Part shown: piece after piece, positions 29,380-39,401 of the stretch
How positions within the stretch are numbered: position 1 is the first letter of the stretch
Layout of the letters: every line of letters starts with the position of its first letter
Assembly (NCBI GenBank): GCA_016931575.1
Contig: JAFGEO010000118.1
Span: 15,457 to 79,456, forward strand
Direction: 5' to 3'
Length of the DNA: 64,000 nucleotides
DNA from: Bacteroidales bacterium
GTDB lineage: Bacteria; Bacteroidota; Bacteroidia; Bacteroidales; UBA10428
The notes under the pieces: model-generated
Seen by the model: the letters and a program-made list of their open reading frames with translations, nothing else
What the model was told of the DNA's origin: nothing
Database searches by the model: none
Translations under genes and position numbers: made by a program

Positions 29380-29387
29380 TATCTTTG
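29380..29387 (+). promoter_or_regulatory. Candidate -7 promoter box TAtcTTTG for hisF-hisE
   Basis: Exact TAnnTTTG match 23 nt upstream of the hisF ATG. No leader ORF or terminator lies between them. Confidence 0.45.
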
Positions 29388-29409
29388 CGGCAAAAGCGAA
29401 AGGTTTGAA

Positions 29410-30165
29410 ATGCTGGCGAAAAGAATCATTCCTTGCCTGGATGTCAGGGACGGGCAAACAGTAAAAGGTGTAAACTTTGTAAATATTCGTGAAGTCGGTG
29501 ATGCCGTTGAACTCGGGGCCGAATATGCCCGGCAGGGAGCCGATGAGCTGGTATTTCTTGATATCACAGCTTCCCATGAAGGAAGAAAGACCTTTGTCGA
29601 CCTGGTTAAGCGGATTGCCCATACACTGAATATTCCTTTTACCGTTGGGGGAGGTATTAATGAACTGAAAGATATTGATGCCCTGCTCAGCGCCGGGGCA
29701 GATAAGGTATCAATCAATTCTGCTGCGATCCGTAAGCCGGAGCTGATAGACCAGATGGCCCTGAATTTTGGAAGCCAGTTTGTTGTTGTTGCCATTGATG
29801 CCAGGGAAGTTGACGGACAGTGGAATGCTTACATAAACGGGGGTCGTATCCCTGTTGATAAAGAGCTGTTCAGCTGGGCAAAAGAGGCGCAGGAACGCGG
29901 GGCAGGGGAGATTCTGTTTACCTCGATGAACCACGATGGTACAAAAAACGGCTTTGCCTGTGATGCACTTGCCCGGATGTCGGACATGCTCTCCATCCCA
30001 ATTATTGCCTCCGGAGGTGCCGGAAACATGGAACACTACGCCGAGGTGTTCACGAAAGGGAAAGCAGATGCCGGACTGGCAGCAAGCATTTTTCACTTTA
30101 AGGAGATCACCGTTCCCCAGCTTAAGGAATATCTTAATGGGCAGGGGATCCCGGTTCGGATATAG
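29410..30165 (+). CDS. hisF: Imidazole glycerol phosphate synthase, cyclase subunit
   Basis: Motifs [23 protein letters not shown] and SGGAG typical of HisF. Confidence 0.92.
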   Translation: MLAKRIIPCLDVRDGQTVKGVNFVNIREVGDAVELGAEYARQGADELVFLDITASHEGRKTFVDLVKRIAHTLNIPFTVGGGINELKDIDALLSAGADKVSINSAAIRKPELIDQMALNFGSQFVVVAIDAREVDGQWNAYINGGRIPVDKELFSWAKEAQERGAGEILFTSMNHDGTKNGFACDALARMSDMLSIPIIASGGAGNMEHYAEVFTKGKADAGLAASIFHFKEITVPQLKEYLNGQGIPVRI

Positions 30166-30205
30166 TACTGAAACAAAGTTTTTAATTTAGTTTAAGCATA
30201 AAAGA

Positions 30206-30490
30206 ATGGAATTTCTTAAAGAATTGCAGGATCTTATCGATACACGTAAAGCAGAAATGCCTGAGGGATCCTATACCACAAAACTATTTACGAAAGGGAT
30301 CAATAAAATCGCACAAAAGGTAGGCGAGGAGGCCGTAGAGCTGGTAATCGAGGCAAAAGATGATAACGATGAGCTCTTTGTGAACGAGGCTGCCGATCTG
30401 ATGTACCACCTGCTGGTATTACTTTCTGCAAAAAATATGAGGATCGAGGATGTGGTAAAGATCCTTGAGGACAGGCATCGTAAAGCCTAA
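30206..30490 (+). CDS. hisE: Phosphoribosyl-ATP pyrophosphohydrolase (monofunctional HisE; no HisI domain)
   Basis: The 94-aa protein carries SYTTKLF..G..KI.QKVGEEA.E..IEA......L..E.ADL.YHLLVLL, the MazG-like HisE fold signature. Confidence 0.88.
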   Translation: MEFLKELQDLIDTRKAEMPEGSYTTKLFTKGINKIAQKVGEEAVELVIEAKDDNDELFVNEAADLMYHLLVLLSAKNMRIEDVVKILEDRHRKA

Positions 30491-32106
30491 AGTTTATTTA
30501 CCATCCTGATAAAGTCATCATTCGGATGGATCCCCTTTTCATCAGCTGAAAATTCAGGTTTGATCCGCTCCACGAAATACAATTTCATCGTGCCGATGTT
30601 TTTTGCTTCTACATCGCCCTGAAGGGAGCAGATGAAATAGTCTTTGATGTATTCGTAGGTAGTTTCGGAGATGCTTACCTTGTTGACTTCCCCGAGGTTT
30701 TCCACCCGGGCGGCAGCATTGACGGTTTCACTCCAGATGTCGTAGGCAAACTTCTTTCTTCCTACAACCCCTGCTACAACAGGTCCGGTATGGATCCCAA
30801 TCCTTAACTCCCAGCCGGGACTATTGGGCTTTGGATTTACGCGGTTCCGAAGCATGTAATCCTGTATTTCGAGACCCGCCAGTACTGCATCAACCGGGTT
30901 CGATTTATTTCGCAGCGGAAGCCCTCCGGCGCACATATAGGCATCACCAATCGTTTTGATCTTTTCAAGATAGTGTTTACCGGTGATTTCATCAAATTTG
31001 GCAAAGTAGTCATCCAGGATGGCAACGAGATCTTTCGGTTCCAGTTCCCGTGTATTTTTGGAGAAGTCCTTGAAATCGGTGAAGACCACCGTAACAAATT
31101 TATAGTAGCGTGTACCAGCTTTCCCTTTTGATTTCAGTTGCCTGGCGACCTCAAAAGGCAGAATATTCAGAAGCAGTCGCTCCGATTTTTCCTGCTCACC
31201 TTCAATAAGTCGCTTTTGTTCTTCAATTTCGGACTTCTGGTTTTCGAGGAGGGCATTAGCCTGTTCCAGGCGCTCAGTGATAGCGAGCATCCGCCGGTTT
31301 TGCTTGTAGAGCTCTTCCTCCTTGAGCATGATTGGGGTAATATCAGATTCTACAGCAATGAGTTTCAGGATCTCTCCCTGATCATCCAGCTGCGGGGTAA
31401 AGAAAGTCTGGAACCATTTTTTCCCCGATGGCAGGTTGTGCCGTGTTTCCACGCTGGAGGGTTTCTTTGTCAGGAAGCATCGTCCGGCTTCCCGGGTGAA
31501 GTCTTTAAAACCTTTTATGGTATTGATATTATCCCCGTATTGACTTTTGAAATCCTTGAAGGTTATCTCATGCAGCCTCTCGAACCCATCGTTTGCCCAC
31601 TCCAGGTATCCTTCCTTATTTATGATGATGAAGGCATTGGGGGCGTTCTCCGTAATGTTCGCTTTTTGCTCCAGCACCTGTCTTTCTTCTTCGTACTGGG
31701 TCATCTTTGACCGGATGCGTGTGAGGGTCTGCCCGATACTAAGAGCCTTGTTCACGCGCGACCTAAGCTCGTTTATGTCGATGGGTTTCGTGATAAAGTC
31801 AAAGGCCCCAAAACGGAATGCCTCAGCAAAATTTTCGTCAGTTTTGTAGGCTGTAATAAAAATTACCGGGATCTCTTTAAGTTCCTTGTCCTCCTGCAGG
31901 AGCTTCAGGGCGTCAATACCAGAAAGCTCCGGCATCCGCATGTCCATAAGGATAAGATCGGGGATGATGCGACGGGCCTTTTCGAAACCTTCAAGACCAT
32001 TTTCGGCAAAGAAAATATCGTACTTGGTTTTTTCTGCACTCAGGACGCCTTCAATCAGCTTGCTGTTATGAATATTATCGTCTACTACAAGGACCTTATA
32101 ACCCAT
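30487..32106 (-). CDS. Response-regulator receiver - PAS - coiled coil - class III adenylate/guanylate cyclase
   Basis: N-terminal REC (VLVVDD...LILMDMRMP...KP), a central PAS-like segment, and a C-terminal cyclase core (VTVVFTDFKDFS...KTIGDAYMCAGG...RIGIHTGPVVAGVVG...YDIWSETVNAAARVE). Confidence 0.85.
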   Translation of the reverse strand: MGYKVLVVDDNIHNSKLIEGVLSAEKTKYDIFFAENGLEGFEKARRIIPDLILMDMRMPELSGIDALKLLQEDKELKEIPVIFITAYKTDENFAEAFRFGAFDFITKPIDINELRSRVNKALSIGQTLTRIRSKMTQYEEERQVLEQKANITENAPNAFIIINKEGYLEWANDGFERLHEITFKDFKSQYGDNINTIKGFKDFTREAGRCFLTKKPSSVETRHNLPSGKKWFQTFFTPQLDDQGEILKLIAVESDITPIMLKEEELYKQNRRMLAITERLEQANALLENQKSEIEEQKRLIEGEQEKSERLLLNILPFEVARQLKSKGKAGTRYYKFVTVVFTDFKDFSKNTRELEPKDLVAILDDYFAKFDEITGKHYLEKIKTIGDAYMCAGGLPLRNKSNPVDAVLAGLEIQDYMLRNRVNPKPNSPGWELRIGIHTGPVVAGVVGRKKFAYDIWSETVNAAARVENLGEVNKVSISETTYEYIKDYFICSLQGDVEAKNIGTMKLYFVERIKPEFSADEKGIHPNDDFIRMVNKL

Positions 32107-32181
32107 TTGATGGAATTTCAGTACATTTTAAATAAAAGTAGCAAAAAAAATCAGTTCAGAGAATATTCTTTTACACAGAGC

Positions 32182-32207
32182 AAAAAAAAGGGGGCTTTAC
32201 GGCCCCC
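32182..32207 (-). terminator. Intrinsic terminator of rocD (GGGGGC-cgtaaa-GCCCCC + T8 on the minus strand)
   Basis: 6-bp GC stem at 32190-32207, with an A8 run at 32182-32189 on the plus strand (T8 on the minus strand). Confidence 0.75.
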
Positions 32208-32232
32208 TTAGAAGTATACCTGAAAAACAGGA

Positions 32233-33450
32233 CTACTCAAAATTCTCCAGTGTATCTTTAATAATCGCAATGGCTTCGAACAATTGTTCCTCAGTAATAA
32301 CCAGGGGAGGAGCGAAGCGGATAATATGCTCATGGGTTGGTTTGGCGATAAGGCCGTTCTCTTTCATGGCCACACAAACATCCCAGGCACTCTTTCCATT
32401 CATCGGCTTGATGACGATGGCATTCAGCAATCCTTTTCCTCTTACCAGCTCAATGCGTTCATGGCTGTCAGCCAGCTTCTGCATTTCTGCCCTGAAGATC
32501 TTACCCAGCCTCTCTGAATTTTCAGCAAGCTTCTCATTCTTCAGCACCTTTAAGGCAGCAATACCTACTTTTGCCGCAATCGGGTTGCCACCATAGGTTG
32601 AACCATGTTCACCCGGCTTGATACACAGCATGATGTCATCATCGGCCAGCACGGCGGAAACCGGGTACATGCCTCCGGAGAGGGCTTTTCCCAGGATCAG
32701 GATGTCGGGACGGACACCTTCATGATCACAGGCCAGCATTTTGCCGGTTCTGGCCAGGCCGGTCTGCACTTCGTCAGCAATGAAAAGCACGTTCTTCTCC
32801 TTACACAGATCGGATGCAGCTTTCAGGTAACCGTCGTCCGGAACGTAAACACCTGCTTCACCCTGAATGGGCTCTACCAGGAATCCTGCAACATTCGGAT
32901 CTTCAAGTTCTCTTTTCAGGGCATCCAGGTCGTTGTAGGGGACCACAACAAATCCGGGGGTGTAGGGGCCAAAACCCTTGTATGAATCCGGATCGGTAGA
33001 CATGGAGATGATGGTGATGGTTCTCCCGTGGAAGTTCCCTTCACAAACAATGATCCTGGCTTTGTTTTCCGGGATGCCTTTTTTCTCATAGGCCCATTTA
33101 CGGCAGAGCTTCAATGCAGTTTCATCCCCTTCGGCACCAGTGTTCATCGGGAGTACCTTATCGTAACCAAAGTACTTGGTAATGTACTCTTCATATTCAC
33201 CCAGCGAATCATTGTAAAATGCCCTGGAAGTCAATGCCAGCGTATTGGCCTGATCTGTCATGGCTTTTACAATTGCAGGATGACAGTGGCCCTGGTTCAC
33301 AGCGGAATAGGCTGAGAGAAAGTCGAAATATTTTTTCCCTTCAACGTCCCAGACATAAATGCCTTCACCTTTCGATAACACAACAGGCAGCGGGTGGTAA
33401 TTATGCGCACCGTACTTGTCTTCTTTCTGAATAAAATCCTTACTGGTCAT
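32233..33450 (-). CDS. rocD: Ornithine--oxo-acid aminotransferase
   Basis: The opening [12 protein letters not shown]...[31 protein letters not shown] and the class-III aminotransferase PLP region [11 protein letters not shown]...ILGKALSGG. Confidence 0.88.
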   Translation of the reverse strand: MTSKDFIQKEDKYGAHNYHPLPVVLSKGEGIYVWDVEGKKYFDFLSAYSAVNQGHCHPAIVKAMTDQANTLALTSRAFYNDSLGEYEEYITKYFGYDKVLPMNTGAEGDETALKLCRKWAYEKKGIPENKARIIVCEGNFHGRTITIISMSTDPDSYKGFGPYTPGFVVVPYNDLDALKRELEDPNVAGFLVEPIQGEAGVYVPDDGYLKAASDLCKEKNVLFIADEVQTGLARTGKMLACDHEGVRPDILILGKALSGGMYPVSAVLADDDIMLCIKPGEHGSTYGGNPIAAKVGIAALKVLKNEKLAENSERLGKIFRAEMQKLADSHERIELVRGKGLLNAIVIKPMNGKSAWDVCVAMKENGLIAKPTHEHIIRFAPPLVITEEQLFEAIAIIKDTLENFE

Positions 33451-33659
33451 TGTTTCTTATCGTTTATTAGTTTTTGATTTTGAATTTACATACGTAAGTT
33501 TTGAATTTTTATACATTTAAAAAATGATAAAAAGCAGTTTTTTTGATAACCTGGGCAAAAAATACAGATGTGCCTTAACAAAAGGTTAAAGATAGGGTAA
33601 TATTGAGTTAATCAGAAAGTGTGCAAAAGGCTTTTTTTTTGTGTAGCTAAATTGATGGT

Positions 33660-34406
33660 ATGAAAAAATATTTCCTTGTTTTACCGGCATTCCTGATGCT
33701 TTCCTGCACTACCCAGAAAAAAACTCTGATACCTTTTAATCCTTCACACAGCATGCTTTCTGAGCAGGAATTATACACGGGAACCAGGAACTTCCGGGAC
33801 ATGGAATCTGCACTAAATGAAAGGGAGAAAGTCGTTAAGCTTGTGCTGGCGAATAAGGGTTTGGATGAACTTCCCGAACAAATTAAAGAGTTCCCGTATT
33901 TGCAGAGCCTGGATCTTTATCGGAACAAGCTGCATGATCTTCCTGATTTTCTTGCATCCATGCCTTACCTTCAGAACCTTTACCTGAATGAAAATTCATT
34001 CAAAAGATTTCCCGAAGTACTCTTTGAATGTGACTCGCTCCAGTCAGTTCTCCTGAAGAGGAACGATATCACCAGGATTCCCCGGGGGATCGGGAAGATG
34101 AAGCAGTTGAAGCACCTTACCTTCACCCAGAACAAAATTACTTCCCTCCCCGCTGCGCTTTTTAAACTGGAAAACCTTGAAACGCTGGGCCTGCGGAATA
34201 ATCAGCTGACAGCTATTCCAGAGGGCATCAGCAAGCTTAAAAAGCTTAAAAAACTGAATTTGCGGGGCAACCAGATTAAAAAACTGCCTGACTCCTTCGT
34301 GGAGCTGAAGCTGGAAGAACTGGTATTATCTCAAAATCCTATGGATCAGGATTATGTGGATGAACTCAGAAAGCAAATGCCGGATACCCGGATTGAATTT
34401 GAATAG
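33660..34406 (+). CDS. Leucine-rich-repeat lipoprotein
   Basis: Lipobox LMLSC. About 8 tandem LxxLxLxxNxLxxLP repeats of roughly 23 aa each. Confidence 0.8.
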   Translation: MKKYFLVLPAFLMLSCTTQKKTLIPFNPSHSMLSEQELYTGTRNFRDMESALNEREKVVKLVLANKGLDELPEQIKEFPYLQSLDLYRNKLHDLPDFLASMPYLQNLYLNENSFKRFPEVLFECDSLQSVLLKRNDITRIPRGIGKMKQLKHLTFTQNKITSLPAALFKLENLETLGLRNNQLTAIPEGISKLKKLKKLNLRGNQIKKLPDSFVELKLEELVLSQNPMDQDYVDELRKQMPDTRIEFE

Positions 34407-34672
34407 GTTATATCCTTATGTTTAGCTATTCAGGGCCTCAATTATACTTGCCTCTTTTGGTACTCAGGTAGCCCTACCGAAATCTGCTTAAAATCTTAAG
34501 GTTTCAGATGGCATGAATCGTTACAGGCATTCAGCACAGGTAGATTATGCCCTTTCAATGATCATAAGGGGTGCATGCTGTATGAGATGCTATTAAATTA
34601 AAATAGCCACGAGAACCTTTAAGGCTCAACGCAGCAAATTGCACAGATTTATCCGGATTGAAAATAGAGAGT

Positions 34673-34700
34673 AAAAAAAAGCGCCCCCAACCGGGAGCGC
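34673..34700 (-). terminator. Intrinsic terminator downstream of the T9SS protein gene
   Basis: The minus strand reads GCGCTCCC-GGTT-GGGGGCGC followed by T8. Confidence 0.75.
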
Positions 34701-34730
34701 TTTGATATCAGTATTATGCAGGGAAGGAGA

Positions 34731-36392
34731 CTACTTAACTATCAGTTGACCTGTTGATAATACTTCCTGACTATTGCTGACACTGATGGTGTACATTCCG
34801 GCTCTTAGCTCGGTAACATCGAGATTGACTTCAGTATACATTGTGGAGGCTGAAAGTACAACCTGACCTGAGAGATTGTATACGTTTATGTTGACAGCTT
34901 CCTGAGAGGCATTGTCAAAAGTAACTGTTGCAAATTCAGTTGCAGGATTCGGGAAAACTTTCACATTAGTTTTCTGAGAATTTACAGCTACGAAATCAAC
35001 CTGCGCATCATAGCAGGTACCTGCTATGCTGGCATCGTAAGTATCATCAGCAAAAGTAAATGACCAGCTACCTGCCCAATGTCCGTCTGTCAGACAGGGA
35101 TTGAAGGCACCCTTGAAGATCACTTCGTCGAAAAAGGAATCCAGACCCTCGAATGAAGCGCCTTTTACGTCAAGACTGTCGGCAGGTACGGGGTTTGACT
35201 GAGATACTCCCATAGCATCGTTTACGCTGTTGCCGGCTTCAGCAAAGTAGGCAACAAAAGCATCCGCTGAATCCTGGGGGATGGTATAGATAGGCTGTGC
35301 CAGTTCATCTTCTGGTGAGTAAACGCTGAAGATTCCATCAGCAGTTCCACCAGCAACATTCTGGAAGACGTTGTTTTCAATTTTCAGGGCGCCCTTGTTC
35401 CACTGTGTGAAAGAACCTCCCATGGCACCATCGGCAAAATCTTCAACATATTCTACGCGGATACCTTTCTGCTGCTCGGCAAATACAGAGTTGTGGTATT
35501 CACCACCCCAGTATTCGCGGAGAGTAAGGGCACGGTTCCCTGCATCAGGACCTGAACCGATGTAGGTAACGTTAGAGAAAACAGGCGTTGCATTCGGGGT
35601 ACCCCAACGGTTGCTGCTGGGTCCGCCATCGTGCTCACCAAAATTATCACCGGTACCGTCTGCAGATTGCTCAGTGTAAGCAAACTGTACCATACCGTGG
35701 AATCCTTCGTCGATGTCATACGAATCATCAGCGCAGTCAGAAACGATGGCATGCTTAATATTAACGCTACCACCAAACCATTCGATACCGTCGTCATCGT
35801 TACCCATGATCTCAACGAAATCGATGGTGGTTCCTGAACCAACTGCTCCGAGTGTCAGACCATTGATCTCTTCATCGGGAGCCAGCTCACTGCCTCCGTG
35901 ACGAATGGAAACATACTTCAAAACTCCGGAGTTGTCATCTTCAAGGTCCCCGCCATAGAGAGCACCAGCCTCCTCCGGGACACCCTCAATACCATTGTCG
36001 TTGGTCAGGTTGTTGTGGGTTCCTTTTCCAAGGATGATAAGTCCGCCCCAGCTTCCTTTTACATCAGTACCCTGATCCAGGTTGTCATCATCAGAAGCCG
36101 TGAAAATAATTGGAGCTTCAGCAGTTCCTTCTGCCATGATCTTGCCACCTCTCTTGATGATCAGTGCAGAAGCACTTTCACCGGTTCCGAGATAACCTTT
36201 AATGATGGTGCCGGGCTCTATGGTCAAGGTTGCACCATCCTCAACGAAAATGAAACCATCCAGGTAATAGACATTATCACTGGTCCAGGTAACATCGCTG
36301 CTGATATTATCTACTACGTCTACATCGGCAGCAGTTGTGAAAGCAGCGGTCATCATGAGGCTTAATACGAATAAAGTAATCTTCTTTTTCAT
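34731..36392 (-). CDS. Secreted protein with T9SS C-terminal sorting domain, function unknown (partner of the upstream TonB receptor)
   Basis: Signal peptide and CTD VKVFPNPATEFATVTF...GMYTISV. The Gly/Asp-rich body has no motif I can assign. Confidence 0.65.
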   Translation of the reverse strand: MKKKITLFVLSLMMTAAFTTAADVDVVDNISSDVTWTSDNVYYLDGFIFVEDGATLTIEPGTIIKGYLGTGESASALIIKRGGKIMAEGTAEAPIIFTASDDDNLDQGTDVKGSWGGLIILGKGTHNNLTNDNGIEGVPEEAGALYGGDLEDDNSGVLKYVSIRHGGSELAPDEEINGLTLGAVGSGTTIDFVEIMGNDDDGIEWFGGSVNIKHAIVSDCADDSYDIDEGFHGMVQFAYTEQSADGTGDNFGEHDGGPSSNRWGTPNATPVFSNVTYIGSGPDAGNRALTLREYWGGEYHNSVFAEQQKGIRVEYVEDFADGAMGGSFTQWNKGALKIENNVFQNVAGGTADGIFSVYSPEDELAQPIYTIPQDSADAFVAYFAEAGNSVNDAMGVSQSNPVPADSLDVKGASFEGLDSFFDEVIFKGAFNPCLTDGHWAGSWSFTFADDTYDASIAGTCYDAQVDFVAVNSQKTNVKVFPNPATEFATVTFDNASQEAVNINVYNLSGQVVLSASTMYTEVNLDVTELRAGMYTISVSNSQEVLSTGQLIVK

Positions 36393-36504
36393 AATTTTTG
36401 AATAGTTGTGTTAAACAAAATATTGTGATACAAATATTGTGTATCTGAGACCGAATCGCCTTAAGGTATTGTTACTTCTAGTTGAAGTTTGCATGAAACA
36501 AAAA

Positions 36505-36521
36505 AGGAGGCTATGCCTCCT
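36505..36521 (-). terminator. Hairpin AGGAGGC-ata-GCCTCCT flanked by A/T runs, between the TonB receptor and the downstream gene
   Basis: 7-bp stem with T6 on the minus strand, 25 nt after the receptor stop. Confidence 0.6.
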
Positions 36522-36545
36522 TTTTTAAGCTTTGAATTGTACGGA

Positions 36546-39401
36546 TTAATTCAGATCGTAACTTACACTCAGAGAGAAGGTTCTGCCGAAACTATACTCT
36601 CTGAAAGAGTAGGTATCCCCGTTGCTCATAGTAATGTTTTGCTTAAACTTCGGGTTGAGTATGTTATCCACAGCTACCTCCAGTGTAAATTTTTTGTAAA
36701 GTCGCTTCCCGATATTAAAATTCAGCATTGGGCATGGCTGTTCATAGACATCTGGGGTAAACCGTTTGTTGATGATAACGATCTTGGGTCCCTCAACATT
36801 GAAGGCAAGGTTTGCATGTAATCCCAGTTCTTCATTTTCATAATGTATAAAGGTATTGATCATGTAGGGTGCCTGTCCGTATAGGGGGCGCACCGCCGGA
36901 AAGAGGGTATCGATCTCCCTGGCCTGTTCAAGGCGTTCCGGATCAACCGGGGTTTCTGAGTAGATGTAGGTAAAATTCCCCCCGAAGTCAAGGTTGCGAA
37001 GCCCCATAAACCCAAGGTTCTTGCGGATTTCCAGTTCGACACCATACAGGTACGAATCCTCGCCGTTGCGGAACTTGGTCAGGTTGGTATTGTCCTGCCT
37101 GTAAAAACGCTCAATCGGGTCCTTGATCATCTTATAGAAAAGGCTCAGGGATATCATTTCGCCGGGCCGCATAAAATATTCCCAGCGGAAGTCGAAATTA
37201 TCTACCGTACCCCGATGCAGGTCAGGATTTCCCTGAATGTTGGTTCCTTCCGTATATTCATAGAAAGTGAAGGGGGCCCGTTCCCTGAATGAGGGGCGGG
37301 TGACACTGCGACTGTATCCCATGCGGAAATTCATGTTGTCAATGGCTTCAATTTTCAAATTTACCGAGGGAAGGTAGTCCAGGTTTGTTGTATCCCCGGG
37401 AAGGTACATCCGGCGCTGGGATACACGCAGGTCCATATCGTTTGTATCAACCTTATTTTCAATAAATATGTCCCCATATTCCGCCCTTATTCCCCCAATA
37501 AGCCTGATGCGATCTGTAATGCTGATATCGGCCATTACATAGGCCGCAGAGATGACATCCCTGCCCCTGTAGCTAAGGCGTGTATTTTCAAAGAAGTCGT
37601 TTGCATAGTATACCCCGCTCATGGAGTAATCCCCGTCAACCAGGCTTCCTGAAATGATGTTAGCTTCACTAAGGTAGTCTGACGGGTTTCCGTTATAATC
37701 TGTTACCGCTGAACGCTGGTTCACAGTGAACCTGTTTTCATCCGAATTCCTGAATTTCTCCAGGTAAGCTAGTCCGGTCTTGATTTTTGAAGAGGTGGTA
37801 AACGGGATGGTAATATCGAGTTTGTTATCCCAGTTGTTCTCGTACATTTCGCGGTAACGCCGTTCAGGTTTACGGTTCGACCTGACGAAATATGTTTTTT
37901 CAATACTACCGTCATCAGCATGCCTTTCAATTACTTCGTTAATGAAGAATCGCATATCCGGTGTGTTCTGAACCGAATGGGAATAGGAACTCATCCATTC
38001 GATTTTTGCCTGTTTCATTTCAGAAAAAACGTGGGTACCACTGATTTGAGCAACACTCAGCGAGCGGCCCAGGTATTCAAGGCTGTATTTCTCCATATCG
38101 TAATCATCTGAATAGTAGGTGTGTCCTTCCAGGAAGCGGGCAGTGCTTTCTCCGTTTTGGGTGTGCATCAAATTTACCCCGATTTTGTTGTTCGCATTTA
38201 ACTTTGCGTTGAGCCCCAGGAGACTGCTCCAGATGTTTTTTTCCGAACCGCTGGTTTCTGATAATAATTCATCTGCGGTAGCGGTATTGGCATTTTGCGC
38301 AGAGTACTCATCAAGCCGGCCATCGTCATAGTATGACTGTGAGGTTTTGTAGCTTATTGAAGCGATATACCCCAGTTCAGCGCCGTTGTCAGAGAGATCT
38401 GCCTGATCACCAAAAGACAGGGAATAGCTATGATTAAGGGGAGCAGTGGTTTTATACGGGCTCCAGATTTTGCTGAATGCGCTGGAATATTCATTCACCA
38501 AAGGTACATTCTCCGGGTTGGTCGGATTGGCAATTTCTACGCCGGTCAATTCATCAGGAAGCGACCTGGTTCCGTCATCGAATGCCAGCCAGTCCGTTTT
38601 TCCTCCCTCATACCTTAAGAAGTGATCATGAAAGTGTGTATTGGTATTCACCTCAAAGGCTGCTTTTGCACTTAGGGTAAACTTTGCCGGAAACTGTTTT
38701 GTCTGGATATCTACAAGTCCACTTGTGAAACTAGGTTTGTCCGGAGAATAGGATTTCATTACCGTCATCGTTTCAATCACATTGCTGGGGAACAGGTCCA
38801 TCTGGACGGTGTTGTAATTGGGGTCGAGTCCAGGAATCTCCGCGTTGTTCAGGGTAACTTTCATGTACCGGTCACTCAGTCCCCGAACATAAACATACTT
38901 ATCACCCTGTACCGATACACCGGTAACCCTTTTTAGTGCCGATGCTGCATCACTGTCGCCCAGGCGGGATATCTGCTGGGAGGAAATCCCATCAAGTACG
39001 TTGGCAGACTTCCGCTGCAGAACCTGCAGGGCGGCTTCAGTTTTCTGGATCGAGCGGGCTACTACCTTAACTTCAGCCAGCTCGGTTAATGCTTCAGAGA
39101 GACTTGCATTAATCATGGTTGGTTCTCCTGCTTTTACAGTAACACCTTCTATTTGCAGGGTTTCAAATGATACAAAAGAAATAAGTACGGTATAAGTTCC
39201 GGGTTCAAGATTCCCCAGTTTGTAATTTCCATCAAAATCGGTAATGGTCCCGGTTGTGGTGCCTTCTATCTGTATGGTGGCGCCAATCAGGGATTCACCC
39301 GTTGTCTCGTCGAGGATTTTACCCATAATCGATCCGTTCTCACCATATATGAAGTACGGGGTTGCTAACATTAAATTAATGAGCAGAATTAATTTTTTCA
39401 T
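36546..39401 (-). CDS. TonB-dependent outer-membrane receptor with carboxypeptidase-regulatory-like N-terminal domain
   Basis: The GSIMGKILDETTGESLIGATIQIEG domain, a plug region (GVSVQGDKYVYVRGLSDRY), and a 951-aa barrel. Confidence 0.88.
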   Translation of the reverse strand: MKKLILLINLMLATPYFIYGENGSIMGKILDETTGESLIGATIQIEGTTTGTITDFDGNYKLGNLEPGTYTVLISFVSFETLQIEGVTVKAGEPTMINASLSEALTELAEVKVVARSIQKTEAALQVLQRKSANVLDGISSQQISRLGDSDAASALKRVTGVSVQGDKYVYVRGLSDRYMKVTLNNAEIPGLDPNYNTVQMDLFPSNVIETMTVMKSYSPDKPSFTSGLVDIQTKQFPAKFTLSAKAAFEVNTNTHFHDHFLRYEGGKTDWLAFDDGTRSLPDELTGVEIANPTNPENVPLVNEYSSAFSKIWSPYKTTAPLNHSYSLSFGDQADLSDNGAELGYIASISYKTSQSYYDDGRLDEYSAQNANTATADELLSETSGSEKNIWSSLLGLNAKLNANNKIGVNLMHTQNGESTARFLEGHTYYSDDYDMEKYSLEYLGRSLSVAQISGTHVFSEMKQAKIEWMSSYSHSVQNTPDMRFFINEVIERHADDGSIEKTYFVRSNRKPERRYREMYENNWDNKLDITIPFTTSSKIKTGLAYLEKFRNSDENRFTVNQRSAVTDYNGNPSDYLSEANIISGSLVDGDYSMSGVYYANDFFENTRLSYRGRDVISAAYVMADISITDRIRLIGGIRAEYGDIFIENKVDTNDMDLRVSQRRMYLPGDTTNLDYLPSVNLKIEAIDNMNFRMGYSRSVTRPSFRERAPFTFYEYTEGTNIQGNPDLHRGTVDNFDFRWEYFMRPGEMISLSLFYKMIKDPIERFYRQDNTNLTKFRNGEDSYLYGVELEIRKNLGFMGLRNLDFGGNFTYIYSETPVDPERLEQAREIDTLFPAVRPLYGQAPYMINTFIHYENEELGLHANLAFNVEGPKIVIINKRFTPDVYEQPCPMLNFNIGKRLYKKFTLEVAVDNILNPKFKQNITMSNGDTYSFREYSFGRTFSLSVSYDLN

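Noticed and set aside
29379-29795. 138-aa minus-strand ORF antisense to hisF, together with the other 60-190-aa antisense ORFs throughout the track
   Set aside because: The opposite strand encodes unmistakable conserved proteins. The antisense translations are low-complexity (Ser/Pro/Arg-rich) with no motifs. They are typical shadow ORFs.
34407-34672. Unusually long (about 320 bp) convergent intergenic region, examined for a structured RNA or small gene
   Set aside because: I found only weak 5-bp hairpins (for example AGGGC...GCCCT and GGCAT...ATGCC) and the short GCCACGAGAA repeat. There is no promoter-terminator pair or ORF. It is left unannotated apart from the terminator at 34673-34700.
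36489-36821. 110-aa plus-strand ORF
   Set aside because: It starts inside a terminator hairpin and is antisense to the conserved C-terminal barrel strands of the TonB receptor.
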